Part shown: positions 13,701 to 24,900 of the stretch, piece after piece | Numbering within the stretch: position 1 is the first letter of the stretch | Layout of the letters: every line of letters begins with the position of its first letter | NCBI GenBank assembly: GCA_030390025.1 | Contig: JASTWF010000354.1 | Coordinates: forward strand, 62,001 to 126,000 | Source of the DNA: Squalus acanthias | Taxonomy: Eukaryota | DNA: 64,000 nucleotides | Direction: 5' to 3' | The notes under the pieces: model-generated | Databases searched by the model: none | What the model saw: only the letters and a program-made list of their open reading frames with translations | Told to the model about the DNA's origin: nothing | Program-made: the position numbers and the translations under genes

Positions 13701-15577
13701 CCCCTGTCCAGCCCATTCCCCATCCCATAATATCCCTCTGTCCCTGTCCAGCCCATTCCCCATCCCATAATATCCCACTGCCATTGTCCAGCCCAGTCCC
13801 CAACCCATAATAAGCCCCAGCCCCTGTCCAGCCCATTCCCCATCCCATAATATCCCTCTGCCCCTGTCCAGCCCATTCCCCATCCCATAATATTCCTCTG
13901 CCCCTGTCTAGCCTATTCCCCATCCCATAATATCCCTCTGCCCCTGTCCAGCCCATTCCCCATCCCATAATTACCCTCTGCCCCGTCCAGCCCATTCCCC
14001 ATCTCATAATATCCCTCTGCCCCTGTCCAGCCCATTCCCCATCCCATAATATCTATGTCCCTGTCAAGCCCATTTCCCATCCCATAATATTCCTCTGTCA
14101 CTGTCCAGCCCATTCACCATCCCATAATATCCCACTGCCCCTGTCCAGCCCATTCCCCATCCCATAATATCCCTCTGCCCCTGTCCAGCCCATTCCCCAT
14201 CCCATAATATCCCTCTGCCCCTGCCCCGCCCATTCCCCATCCCATAATATCCCTCTGCCCCTGTCCAGCCCATTCCCCATCCCATAATATCCCTCTGCCC
14301 CTGTCCAGCCCATTCCCCATCCCATAATATCCCTCTGCCCCTGTCCAGCCCATTCCCCATCCCATAATATCCCTCTGCCCCGTAACAACACATTCCCCAG
14401 CCCATAATATCCCTCTGCCCCTGCCCCGCCCATTCCCCATCCCATAATATCCCTCTGTCCCTGTCCAGCCCTTTCCCCATCCCATAATATCTCTCTGTCC
14501 CTGTCCAGCCCATTCCCCATCCCATAATATCCCTCTGTCCCTTTCAAGCCCATTCCCCATCCCATAATATCCCTCTGCCCTTGTCCAACCCATTCCCCAT
14601 CCCATAATATCCCTCTGCCCCTGTCCAACCCATTCCCCATCCCATAATATCCCTCTGTCCCTGTCCAGACCATTCCCCATCCCATAATATCCCTCTGCCC
14701 CTGTCCAGCCCATTCCCCATCCCATAATATCCCTCTGCCCTTGTCCAACCCATTCCCCATCCCATAATATCCCTCTGTCCCTTTCAAGCCCATTCCCCAT
14801 CCCATAATATCCCTCTGTCCCTGTCCAGCCCATTCCCCATCCCATAATATCCCTCTGCCCCTGTCCAGCCCATTCCCCATCCCATAATATCCCTCTGCCC
14901 CTGTCCAGCCCATTCCCCATCCCATAATATCCCTCTGTCTCTGCCCCGCCCATTGCCCATCCCATAATATCCCTCTGCCCTTGTCCAACCCATTCCCCAT
15001 CCCATAATATCCCTCTGCCCCTGTCCAGCCCATTCCCCATCCCATAATATCCCTCTGCCCCTGTCCAGCCCATTCCCCATCCCATAATATCCCTCTGTCC
15101 CTGTCCAGCTCATTCCCCATCCCATAATATCCCTCTGTCCCTTTCAAGCCCATTCCCCATCCCATAATATCCCTCTGTCCCTGTCCAGCCCATTCCCCAT
15201 CCCATAATATCCCTCTGCCCCTGTCCAGCCCATTCCCCATCCCATAATATCCCTCTGCCCCTGTCCAGCCCATTCCCATCCCATAATATCCCTCTGTCCC
15301 TGTCCAGCCCATTCCCCATCCCATAATATCCCTCTGCCCCTGTCCAGCCCATTCCCCATCCCATAATATCCCTCTGCCCCTGTCCAGCCATTCCCCATCC
15401 CATAATATCCCTCTGCCCCTGTCCAGCCCATTCCCCATCCCATAATATCCCTCTGCCCCTGCCCCGCCCATTGCCCATCCCATAATATCCCTCTGCCCCT
15501 GTCCAGCCCATTGCCCATCCCATAATATCCCTCTGCCCCTGCCCCGCCCATTGCCCATCCCATAATATCCCTCTGCC
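10737..15577. repeat. 40-bp satellite CCCATTCCCCATCCCATAATATCCCTCTGCCCCTGTCCAG, about 100 copies, interrupted by a MITE
   Basis: Directly visible tandem array; most homogeneous from about 14100 to 15570. Confidence 0.97.
12118..12857. mobile_element. Non-autonomous DNA transposon (MITE), PIF/Harbinger-like, 740 bp
   Basis: Imperfect TIRs GGGCCAAAAATTGATCCCGCT and (reverse complement) GGCCCCGAAATTGATCTCGCT; 3-bp ATT duplication (12115-12117, 12858-12860); excision restores the monomer variant catattatcc seen at 11041. Confidence 0.8.
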
Positions 15578-16204
15578 GGGTCCTTGAACCTTCTGAATCT
15601 CTCCCCACGCCTCCTAATCTGGGACATCCGCTGATTTCGCGGTCCGGAGCCTCAGTAACCAACACGCCCAGAGCCCCGATCGCAGAGACTCGCGGAATAA
15701 ACTTCTGTCCTTCAGGCATCTCAATTGTTGCATCAGCAAATCCTCAGCCCGTTAATCCGGATCAGCGCGTCGCCACACACCCAGATCGAGCTGCTTCGGA
15801 TCGCTGGCTGGACCATCGACTCCATCAAACCCTCGGCCGTGCGGTGAGAAACGGTGAAAGGAATTCTCTCCCAAACTCTGCTCCACACTGTTCTCCCAAG
15901 AAACAATCTACAACAATTAACGTGTCCGTTTGATAAACCCCAGAACAACACAAGCAATAACTGGGGATTTATTGGTATTTAGAAAGAGTTCTGTAAACTG
16001 ACCCTGAGATTAGATTTAAAAGATATCTGAGGACAAAGAAATCGATCCAAATATAAACAGAGCTTCGAAATTCCACACTCTGCTCTCACTGAAATAAAAC
16101 CAGGATCTCTGCAACGCCTCGATTTTAAAATTCTCATCCTTGTGTTCAAATCCCTCCAGGGCCTCGCCCCTCCCTATCTCTGTAACCTCCTCCAGCCCCA
16201 CAAC

Positions 16205-17819
16205 CAATGTTCCCTCTCATGTTCTCTCGGGGCATGCGGCCCATTCAAAATATAGCGGATGCGCCGTTTATCGATTGAAAAGCCGACTGCGCGGGACCAC
16301 TGGAGCGCTGCGCGGGACCCCTGGAGCACTGCGCGGGACCCCTGGAGCACTGCGCGGGACCCCTGGAGCACTGCGCGGGACCCCTGGAGCGCTGAGCGGG
16401 ACCCCTGGAGCACTGCGCGGGACCCCTGGAGCTCTGCGCGGGACCCCTGGAGCGCTGAGCGGGACCCCTGGAGCACTGCGCGGGACCCCTGGAGCGCTGC
16501 GCGGGACCCCTGGAGCGCTGCGCGGGACCCCTGGAGCGCTGCGCGGGACCCCTGGAGCGCTGCGCGGGACCCCTGGAGCGCTGAGCGGGACCCCTGGAGC
16601 GCTGCGCGGGACCCCTGGAGCGCTGCGCGGGACCCCCTGGAGCTCTGCGCGGGACCCCGGGAGCGCTGTGCGGGACCCCTGGAGCGCTGCGCGGGACCCC
16701 TGGAGCACTGTGCGGGACCCCTGGAGCGCTGCGCGGGACCCCTGGAGCGCTGCGCGGGAGCCCTGGAGCACTGCGCGGGGGCCCCTGGAGCACTGCACGG
16801 GACCCCTGGAGCACTGCGCGGGACCCCTGGAGCGCTGCGCGGGGCCCCTGGAGCGCTGCGCGGGACCCCTGGAGCGCTGCGCGGGACCCCTGGAGCGCTG
16901 CGCGGGACCCCTGGAGCGCTGAGCGGGACCCCTGGAGCGCTGCGCGGGACCCCTGGAGCACTGCGCGGGACCCCTGGAGCTCTGCGCGGGACCACTGGAG
17001 CGCTGCGCGGGACCCCCTGGAGCACTGCGCGGGACCCCTGGAGCGCTGCGCGGGACCCCTGGAGCTCTGCGCGGGACCACTGGAGCGCTGCGCGGGACCC
17101 CTGGAGCGCTGCGCGGGGACCCCTGGAGCACTGCGCGGGACCCCTGGAGCGCTGCGCGGGACCCCTGGAGCTCTGCGCGGGACCCCTGGAGCTCTGCGCG
17201 GGACCCCTGGAGCGCTGCGCGGGACCCCTGGAGCTCTGCGCGGGACCCCTGGAGCGCTGCGCGGGACCCCTGGAGCGCTGCGCGGGACCCCCTGGAGCAC
17301 TGCGCGGGACCCCTGGAGCGCTGCGCGGGACCCCTGGAGCTCTGCGCGGGACCCCTGGAGCTCTGCGCGGGACCCCTGGAGCGCTGCGCGGGACCCCTGG
17401 AGCGCTGCGCGGGACCCCTGGAGCTCTGCGCGGGACCACTGGAGCGCTGCGCGGGACCCCTGGAGCGCTGCGCGGGGACCCCTGGAGCACTGCGCGGGAC
17501 CCCTGGAGCGCTGCGCGGGACCCCTGGAGCTCTGCGCGGGACCCCTGGAGCTCTGCGCGGGACCCCTGGAGCGCTGCGCGGGACCCCTGGAGCTCTGCGC
17601 GGGACCCCTGGAGCGCTGCGCGGGACCCCTGGAGCGCTGCGCGGGACCCCTGGAGCACTGCGCGGGACCCCTGGAGCGCTGCGCGGGACCCCTGGAGCTC
17701 TGCGCGGGACCCCTGGAGCGCTGCGCGGGACCCCTGGAGCGCTGCGCGGGGACCCCCTGGAGCACTGCGCGGGACCCCTGGAGCACTGCGCGGGACCCCT
17801 GGAGCTTACGGGAACATTG
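16205..17819. mobile_element. Non-autonomous hAT-type element with an internal minisatellite
   Basis: Perfect 10-bp TIR CAATGTTCCC...GGGAACATTG; 8-bp TSD cccacaac (16197-16204) and cctacaac (17820-17827); the uninterrupted L2 copy near 7600 has a single cctacaac. Confidence 0.9.
16287..17805. repeat. GC-rich 21-bp minisatellite CTGCGCGGGACCCCTGGAGC(G/A/T), about 72 copies
   Basis: Direct tandem array; 7-aa periodic ORFs (PGALRGT). Confidence 0.97.
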
Positions 17820-18745
17820 CCTACAACCCTCCGCGATCTCTGCGCTCCTCCAATTCTGGCCTCTTGTCCATCCCCCACTCCCTTCACTCCACCATTGGCG
17901 GCCGTGCCTTCAGCTGCCTGGGCCCCGAGCTCTGGAATTCCCTCCCTAACCCTCTCGGCCTGTCTCTCCTCCTTTAAGACGCTCCTTAAAACCTCCCTCT
18001 TTGACCCAGCCTTTGGTCACCTGTCCTAATATCTCCTTATGTGTCTCGGTGTCAGTTTGTCTGATTTCCGCTCCTGTGAAACGCCTTGGGAGGTTTCACT
18101 GGTTCCAGGCGCTATATAAATGCAGGTTGTTGTTGCTGCTGTGGGTTGTACCCTGTCCACACACTGTAATAAATTGATGATCTTGGGCTGCAATAGTCTA
18201 GATCCACCTGCCCGGAGCCCCGATTTCTCTCTCACTCACCGGCTGTTTCTGAAGGTTATTTCCTGCACGGATTATTTCAGGGACTGATTGCACCGACCCA
18301 GCTCCACTTTAAAGCTCCCAGTTTGAGTCGGGTTGGTTTCTGAGAGTCGTGTGTTCACTGGAGACGGGCGAAGGTTCCCTTCTCTCGATAGCTCGACACG
18401 CACAGCCCCCGGATCCACAGCAGCATCCGCACTGAATGAACCAACAGGGGAAGCTCATCACTCGGCAGATTGGAGCCGTGCAGCCCTTTAATTCAGTCTC
18501 AATGCTGGCTTGTGAAAGCTTTGCACACACTGCCTGTGGGCAGGTGGCTGGGAGACAGACAGTGATCTCTAACTGGAGCCTGGAATCAATGAGCAGCCCC
18601 TCACTCACCGCCACTGCTCTCAGTCTCCCTGCAAATCACCTTCCTCAGGCTGGATCCCGTCAGTGTTCCCGGGGAATGAGTGAGGGGCAGAGTCCTGTGT
18701 GTGGGCACAAGGGCGGCAGCATGGGACCAAGATCCACACACATGG

Positions 18746-18819
18746 GTGTGAGTGAGAGTGTGAGTGAGTGTGTGTGTGTGTGAGTGATAGTGTGTGTGTG
18801 AGTGAGTGAGTGTGTGTGT
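18746..18819. repeat. (GT)n/(GAGT)n microsatellite
   Basis: Visible in sequence. Confidence 0.9.
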
Positions 18820-19087
18820 CCACAGGGAAATGGGGGACTGCTGGGATACTGGGCTGTGACCCACAGGGGAATGGGGGACTGTGCTGGGATACTGGACTGT
18901 GACCCACAGGGGAATGGGGGACTGTGCTGGGATACTGAACTGTGACCCACAGGGGAGTGGGGGACTGTGCTGGGATACTGAACTGTGACCCACAGGGGAA
19001 TGGGGGACTGAGCTGCGATACAGGGCTGTGTCCCACAGGGGAATGGGGGACTGTGCTGGGATACTGGACTGTGTCCCACAGGGGAAT
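18820..19087. repeat. 43-bp minisatellite, about 6 copies (CACAGGGGAATGGGGGACTGTGCTGGGATACTGGACTGTGACC)
   Basis: gacccacagg recurs at 18858, 18901 and 18944. Confidence 0.92.
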
Positions 19088-19111
19088 GCAGTGAGAGAGG
19101 ATTTAACATTA

Positions 19112-19260
19112 ACACAGACACCCTGTAATAAACACAGACACCCTGTAATAAGTGTGATCGAGAGTAACCAGGTTACCATCAATCTGCAGTGTCAGTGATC
19201 GAGAGTAACCAGGTTACCATCAATCTGCAGAGTCAGTGATCGAGAGTAACCAGGTTACCA
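19112..19260. repeat. Two short tandem duplications: 20 bp x2, then 41 bp x2.6
   Basis: acacagacaccctgtaataa twice; gtgatcgagagtaaccaggttacca three times. Confidence 0.88.
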
Positions 19261-19341
19261 CAGGCCGAGCTCTCACACAATGAATATTTGCTGATACAGG
19301 AATGAATTATTTATGGTCTGGGACTCTGAATAAAGTCACAT

Positions 19342-21172
19342 TGTTGAGGCTGCCGCGAAACACGAATTAAGACTGAATCCATGTGTGGGAAACAAAGGTT
19401 TTTTAATACAACTGCATGGTCCTAAATGGCTGAACAGACTGCTCCCAGAATTCCCTGGAAAAACCCTGAGGCCTCGCCCACTTCTTTTCTCCTGCCTTAA
19501 AGGCAAGGTGCTCGATATATTGTCCATGGACGGAAAAGTGGAAAATGCCCGTTTAGGTGGTGATCCGCCACACAGCTCCCCCCAGAATCCGCTTAGGAGG
19601 TGTGGACGAGACGGTGCGGCGGTCTGATGGGCCGGCCGGAGCGGCTCTTGTAGGACGCCGGTGGACGTGGAACGGCCGGGCGTGGAGCAGCCGGGTGAAC
19701 CGGCTTGAGGGCAGGTCGGCCGCGTGGCAGTGGATGAGCTACAGGGACCTGCTCACCGGGCTCCGAGTGTGCTGGCTTGAGTCGGTCAACCGACACTTTT
19801 TCGGTCCTGTCGCCCACTTGCAGGGTGAAAAATTTGTCCCCAGCCTGTAGCACCTTGTAGGGCCCGTCGTACGGGGATTGAAGGGGTCCGCGGTGGGCGT
19901 CGTGCCGGACGAAAACAAACCGTGCCTGGTGCAGGCTTAGTGGGACGTGTGAGGTGGATTCGTCGTGTCGGGCAATGGGCACCGGGGCGAACTGCAGCAC
20001 CGGTGAGGCCAAGTCGTGGCGTTGCTGGTCGGCTGACCAGGGTGTCGTGGCGGTGGGCAAGAACTCGCTGGGTACGCGCAGCGGCTGACCGTACACGAGC
20101 TCTGCTGCCGATGCGTGGAGGTCTTCTTTAACCGCGGTGCGCAGGCCGAGGAGGACCCACGGAAGTCGGTCGGTCCAGGCGCCGTCCTGGAGGCTGGCTC
20201 GAAGAGATGCCTTCAAGGATCTGTCGAACCGCTCACACAGTCCGTTGGCTTGGGGGTGGAATGCTGTGGTGCGGTGAATGGTCACCCCGAGATTGCGTGC
20301 GACAGCGGTCCAGAGTTCAGATGTAAATTGCGGACCTCTGTCCGACGTCATGTCGGAGGGGACGCCGAACTGTGCGACCCAGGTGCTGACGAAGGCTCTG
20401 GCGATGTCGGCGGTGGTGGTAGAGGTCAGTGGAATTGCCTCGGGCCAGCGCGTGGTGCGGTCAACGATCGTCAGTAAGTGCGTGTGGCCTTGCGACGGCG
20501 GCAGGGGCCCAACGATGTCCACGTGGATGTGGTCGAATCTCCGCAAGGGGACGGTAAACTGCTTGAGGGGTGCTTTCGTGTGTTGCTGTACCTTGGCCCG
20601 TTGGCAGGCTAGGCAGGAGTTGGCCCAAGTACGCACATCCTTGCGAAGGCTGCGCCAGACAAAGCGGTTGGCTACCAATTTGATGGATGCGCGGGCGCCG
20701 GGGTGGGAGAGGTTGTGGAGAATGTCGAATACCCGGTGGCGCTAGGACGCTGGGACGACGGGCCGAGGTTGACATAGGGATATGTCGCACTTGACCATGA
20801 CTGCGGTCGGGCCACAGGCGACGTCGGCCAGGCGTAGCCCTGGTAGGTTGGTGGGTGTGGAGAGCAGATCAGGGTCGGTGATCTGGTCCGCTGCGAGTTG
20901 AGCGTAGTCGACTGCTAGGTGTGCGGCGTGGATGGCGGGGTGGGAGAGGCAGTCGGCTACCACATTGTCTCGGCCGGAGACGTGTTGGGAAACAAAGGTT
21001 TTTTAATACAACTGCATGGTCCAAAATGGCTGAACAGACAGCTCCCAGAATTCCCTGGAAAAATCCTGAGGCCCCGCCCACTTCTTTTCTCCTGCCTTAA
21101 AGGCAAGGTGCTCGATATAGTGTCCATGGACGGAAAAGTGGTTAATGCCCGTTTAGGTGGCGATCCGCCACA
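19342..21172 (-). mobile_element. Internally deleted Ty3/Gypsy LTR retrotransposon
   Basis: 3' LTR 19342-19572 (TGT...ACA on the - strand) preceded by a PPT ctggggggagctg; 5' LTR 20982-21172 lacking its last 40 bp or so; possible 4-bp TSD acat/aaat with one mismatch. Confidence 0.9.
19593..20986 (-). pseudogene. Gypsy pol remnant: RNase H C-terminus plus integrase, one nonsense codon at 20742-20744
   Basis: HVSGRDNVVADCLS (RNase H end); HNLSHPG...CLAC zinc finger; HVDIVGP / TSDRGPQF / NGLCERF DDE triad; YDGPYKV GPY/F motif. Confidence 0.92.
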
Positions 21173-21296
21173 AAATTGCATTTTTATCACAAGAGAATCA
21201 GGAGCTTTTTTCATTCCTTTTGTGCTCCTGAAGGTGAAGAATGTTGGTGCTGGGACAGGAACACTTCCCCATTTCATCTCCCAGTGTCGGCATCAC

Positions 21297-21441
21297 ACAC
21301 TCCCAGGGCAGGTACAGCATGGGTTAGATACAGAGTAAAGCTCCCTCTACACTGTCCCATCAAACACTCCCAGGGCAGGTACAGCACAGGTTAGATACGG
21401 AGTAAAGCTCCCTCTACACTGTCCCATCAAACACTCCCAGG
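21297..21441. repeat. 67-bp tandem repeat, about 2.2 copies
   Basis: tcccagggcaggtacagca...ctacactgtcccatcaaacac at 21301 and 21368. Confidence 0.88.
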
Positions 21442-21792
21442 ACATGGTCAGCCCTGGGGCTGGATTCACACCGTGTGATATTAGTCACAATCCCCCAACT
21501 CCCAGCTCTGCTCATTTCCCAGGATGTACAGCGCTACAATCTGTAAACAGGAGCAGATAAATGAGCAAAGCTCGATGTAATTAGATCCTCGACAGCCCGA
21601 TCTATCAAAATAAAAACTGGGAGAATTGAGAAACACGACAGGAAACATCAGCTGAGGCCGAGACTCGGGGGCAGAGCGGAATCTGAAATCTGCCCTCATT
21701 TATTGTCCGTCTCCAGGGAACAAACGCAGTGGTTTCACTCTGAGCGAGAACCAGGTGTGAACCCACCCCAGCTCTGGGCCGCAGACAGTAAG

Positions 21793-21968
21793 GAAAGAAA
21801 GGACTTGCATTTCTGTAGCGCCTTCCCCCACCCTGAGAAATTTAGTGATCTTAGTTGAGGGTTACATATTGGCTCAGACAGCGGGGAAACTGCCCCGCTC
21901 TTCTTCAATATAGTGCCATGGGATCTTTTACATCCTCTGACAGTGCAGCACTCCCTCAGTACTGCCCC
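21793..21968 (-). mobile_element. DeuSINE-family (SacSINE1/AmnSINE1-like) remnant running into the 33-bp array
   Basis: gacttgcatttctgtagcgcctt tail and ctcttcttcaatatagtgccatgggatcttttacatcc...gacagtgcagcactccctcagtactgc match the Deu-domain as I recall it. Confidence 0.7.
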
Positions 21969-24900
21969 TCCGACAGTGCAGCACTCCCTCAGTACTGCCC
22001 CTCCGACAGTGCAGTGCTCCCTCAGTACTGCCCCTCCGACAGTGCAGCGCTCCCTCAGTACTGCCCCTCCGACAGTGCGGCGCTCCCTCAGTACTGATGC
22101 TCCGACAGTGCAGCGTTCACTCAGTACTGCCCATCTGACAGTGCGGCACTCCCTCAGTACTGCCCCTCCGACAGTGCGGCGCTCCCTCAGTACTGCCCCT
22201 CCGACAGTGTGGCACTCACTCAGTACTGCCCCTCCGATAGTGCAGCATTCCCTCAGTACTGTCCCTCCGACAGTGCAGCGCTCCCTCAGTACTGCCCCTC
22301 CGACAGTGCGGCGCTCCCTCAGTACTGATGCTCCGACAGTGCAGCGTTCACTCAGTACTGCCCATCTGACAGTGCGGCACTCCCTCAGTACTGCCCCTCC
22401 GACAGTGCGGCGCTCCCTCAGTACTGCCCCTCCGACAGTGCGGCGCTCCCTCAGTACTGCCCCTCCGAGAGTGCGGCGCTCCCTCAGTACTGATGCTCCG
22501 ACAGTGCAGCGCTCCCTCAGTACTGCCCATCTGACAGTGCGGCTCTCCCTCAGTCCTGCTCCTCCGACAGTGCGGCGCTCCCTCAATATTGCCCCTCCGA
22601 CAGGGCGGCGCTCCCTCAGTACTGCCCCTCCGACAGTGCGGCGCTCCCTCAGTACTGCCCCTCCGACAGTGCAGCGCACCCTCAGTACTGCCCCTCCGAC
22701 AGTGCGGCTCTCCCTCAGTCCTGCTCCTCCAAAAGTGCTGCACTCCCTCAGTATTGCCGCTCCAAAGTGCAGCGCTACCTCAGTACTGCTCCCCCAAAAG
22801 TGCAGCACTCCCTCAGTAGTGGCCCTCCGACAGTGCAGCGCTCCCTCAGAACTGCCCCTCCGACAGTGCAACACTCCCTCAGTCCTGCACCTCTGACAGT
22901 GCAGCGCTCTCTCAGTACTGCCCCTCCGACAGTACAGAGCTCCCTCAGTAATGCCCCTCTGACAGGGCGGCGCTCCCTCAGTACTGCCCCTCCGACAGGG
23001 CGGCGCTCCCTCAGTACTGATGCTCCGACAGTGCAGCGCTCCCTCAGGACTTTCCCTCCGACAGTGCAGCTCTCCAGCAATACTGGGCCTCCGACAGTGC
23101 AGCGCTCCCTCAGTACTGCCCCTCCGACAGTGCAGCGCTCGCTCAGTACTGCCCCTCCGACAGTGCAGCGCTCCCTCAGTACTGCCCCTCCGACAGTGCA
23201 GCACCCCCTCAGTACTGCCCCTCCGACAGTGCAGCGCTCAAGTAGTACTACCCCTTCGACAGTGCGGCGCTCCCTCAGTACTGACCCTCAGACAGTGCGG
23301 CGCTCCCTCAGTACTGCCCCTCCGACAGTGCGGTGCTCCCTCAGTACTGACCCTCCGACAGTGCAGCGCTCCCTCAGTACTGACCCTCCGACAGTGCGGT
23401 GCTCCCTCAGTACTGACCCTCTGACAGTGCGGCGCTCCCTCAGTACTGACCCTCCGACAGTGCGGTGCTCCCTCAGTACTGACCCTCCGACAGTGCGATG
23501 CTCCCTCAGTACTGACCCTCTGACAGTGCGGCGCTCCCTCAGTACTGACCCTCCGACAGTGCGGTGCTCCCTCAGTACTGACCCTCTGACAGTGCGGCGC
23601 TCCCTCAGTACTGACCCTCCGACAGTGCGGTGCTCCCTCAGTACTGACCCTCCGACAGTGCGGCGCTCCCTCAGTACTGACCCTCCGACAGTGCGGTGCT
23701 CCCTCAGTACTGACCCTCTGAGAGTGCGGCGCTCCCTCAGTACTGACCCTCCGACAGTGCGGTGCTCCCTCAGTACTGACCCTCCGACAGTGCGGTGCTC
23801 CCTCAGTACTGACCCTCTGACAGTGCGGCGCTCCCTCAGTACTGACCCTCCGACAGTGCGGTGCTCCCTCAGTACTGATGCTCCGACAGTGCAGCGCTCC
23901 CTCAGTACTGCCCATCTGACAGTGCGGCTCTCCCTCAGTCCTGCTCCTCCGACAGTGCGGCGCTCCCTCAATATTGCCCCTCCGACAGGGCGGCGCTCCC
24001 TCAGTACTGCCCCTCCGACAGTGCGGCGCTCCCTCAGTACTGCCCCTCCGACAGTGCGGCGCTCCCTCAGTACTGCCCCTCCGACAGTGCAGCGCACCCT
24101 CAGTACTGCCCCTCCGACAGTGCGGCTCTCCCTCAGTCCTGCTCCTCCAAAAGTGCTGCACTCCCTCAGTATTGCCGCTCCAAAGTGCAGCGCTACCTCA
24201 GTACTGCTCCCCCAAAAGTGCAGCACTCCCTCAGTAGTGGCCCTCCGACAGTGCAACACTCCCTCAGTCCTGCACCTCTGACAGTGCAGCGCTCTCTCAG
24301 TACTGCCCCTCCGACAGTACAGAGCTCCCTCAGTAATGCCCCTCTGACAGGGCGGCGCTCCCTCAGTACTGCCCCTCCGACAGGGCGGCGCTCCCTCAGT
24401 ACTGATGCTCCGACAGTGCAGCGCTCCCTCAGGACTTTCCCTCCGACAGTGCAGCTCTCCAGCAATACTGGGCCTCCGACAGTGCAGCGCTCCCTCAGTA
24501 CTGCCCCTCCGACAGTGCAGCGCTCCCTCAGTACTGCCCCTCCGACAGTGCAGCGCTCCCTCAGTACTGCCCCTCCGACAGTGCAGCACCCCCTCAGTAC
24601 TGCCCCTCCGACAGTGCAGCGCTCAAGTAGTACTACCCCTTCGACAGTGCGGCGCTCCCTCAGTACTGACCCTCAGACAGTGCGGCGCTCCCTCAGTACT
24701 GCCCCTCCGACAGTGCGGTGCTCCCTCAGTACTGACCCTCCGACAGTGCAGCGCTCCCTCAGTACTGACCCTCCGACAGTGCGGTGCTCCCTCAGTACTG
24801 ACCCTCTGACAGTGCGGCGCTCCCTCAGTACTGACCCTCCGACAGTGCGGTGCTCCCTCAGTACTGACCCTCCGACAGTGCGATGCTCCCTCAGTACTGA

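Larger units (their letters stand above)
16111..18135 (+). mobile_element. L2 LINE 3' fragment split by a hAT insertion (16111-16204 and 17820-18135)
   Basis: Both parts are colinear with and very similar to 7525-7915, with the same (GTT)n end. Confidence 0.88.

Noticed and set aside
19593..20678. Domesticated integrase host gene
   Set aside because: Flanked by LTRs and a PPT, with an upstream nonsense codon; an ordinary retroelement relic.
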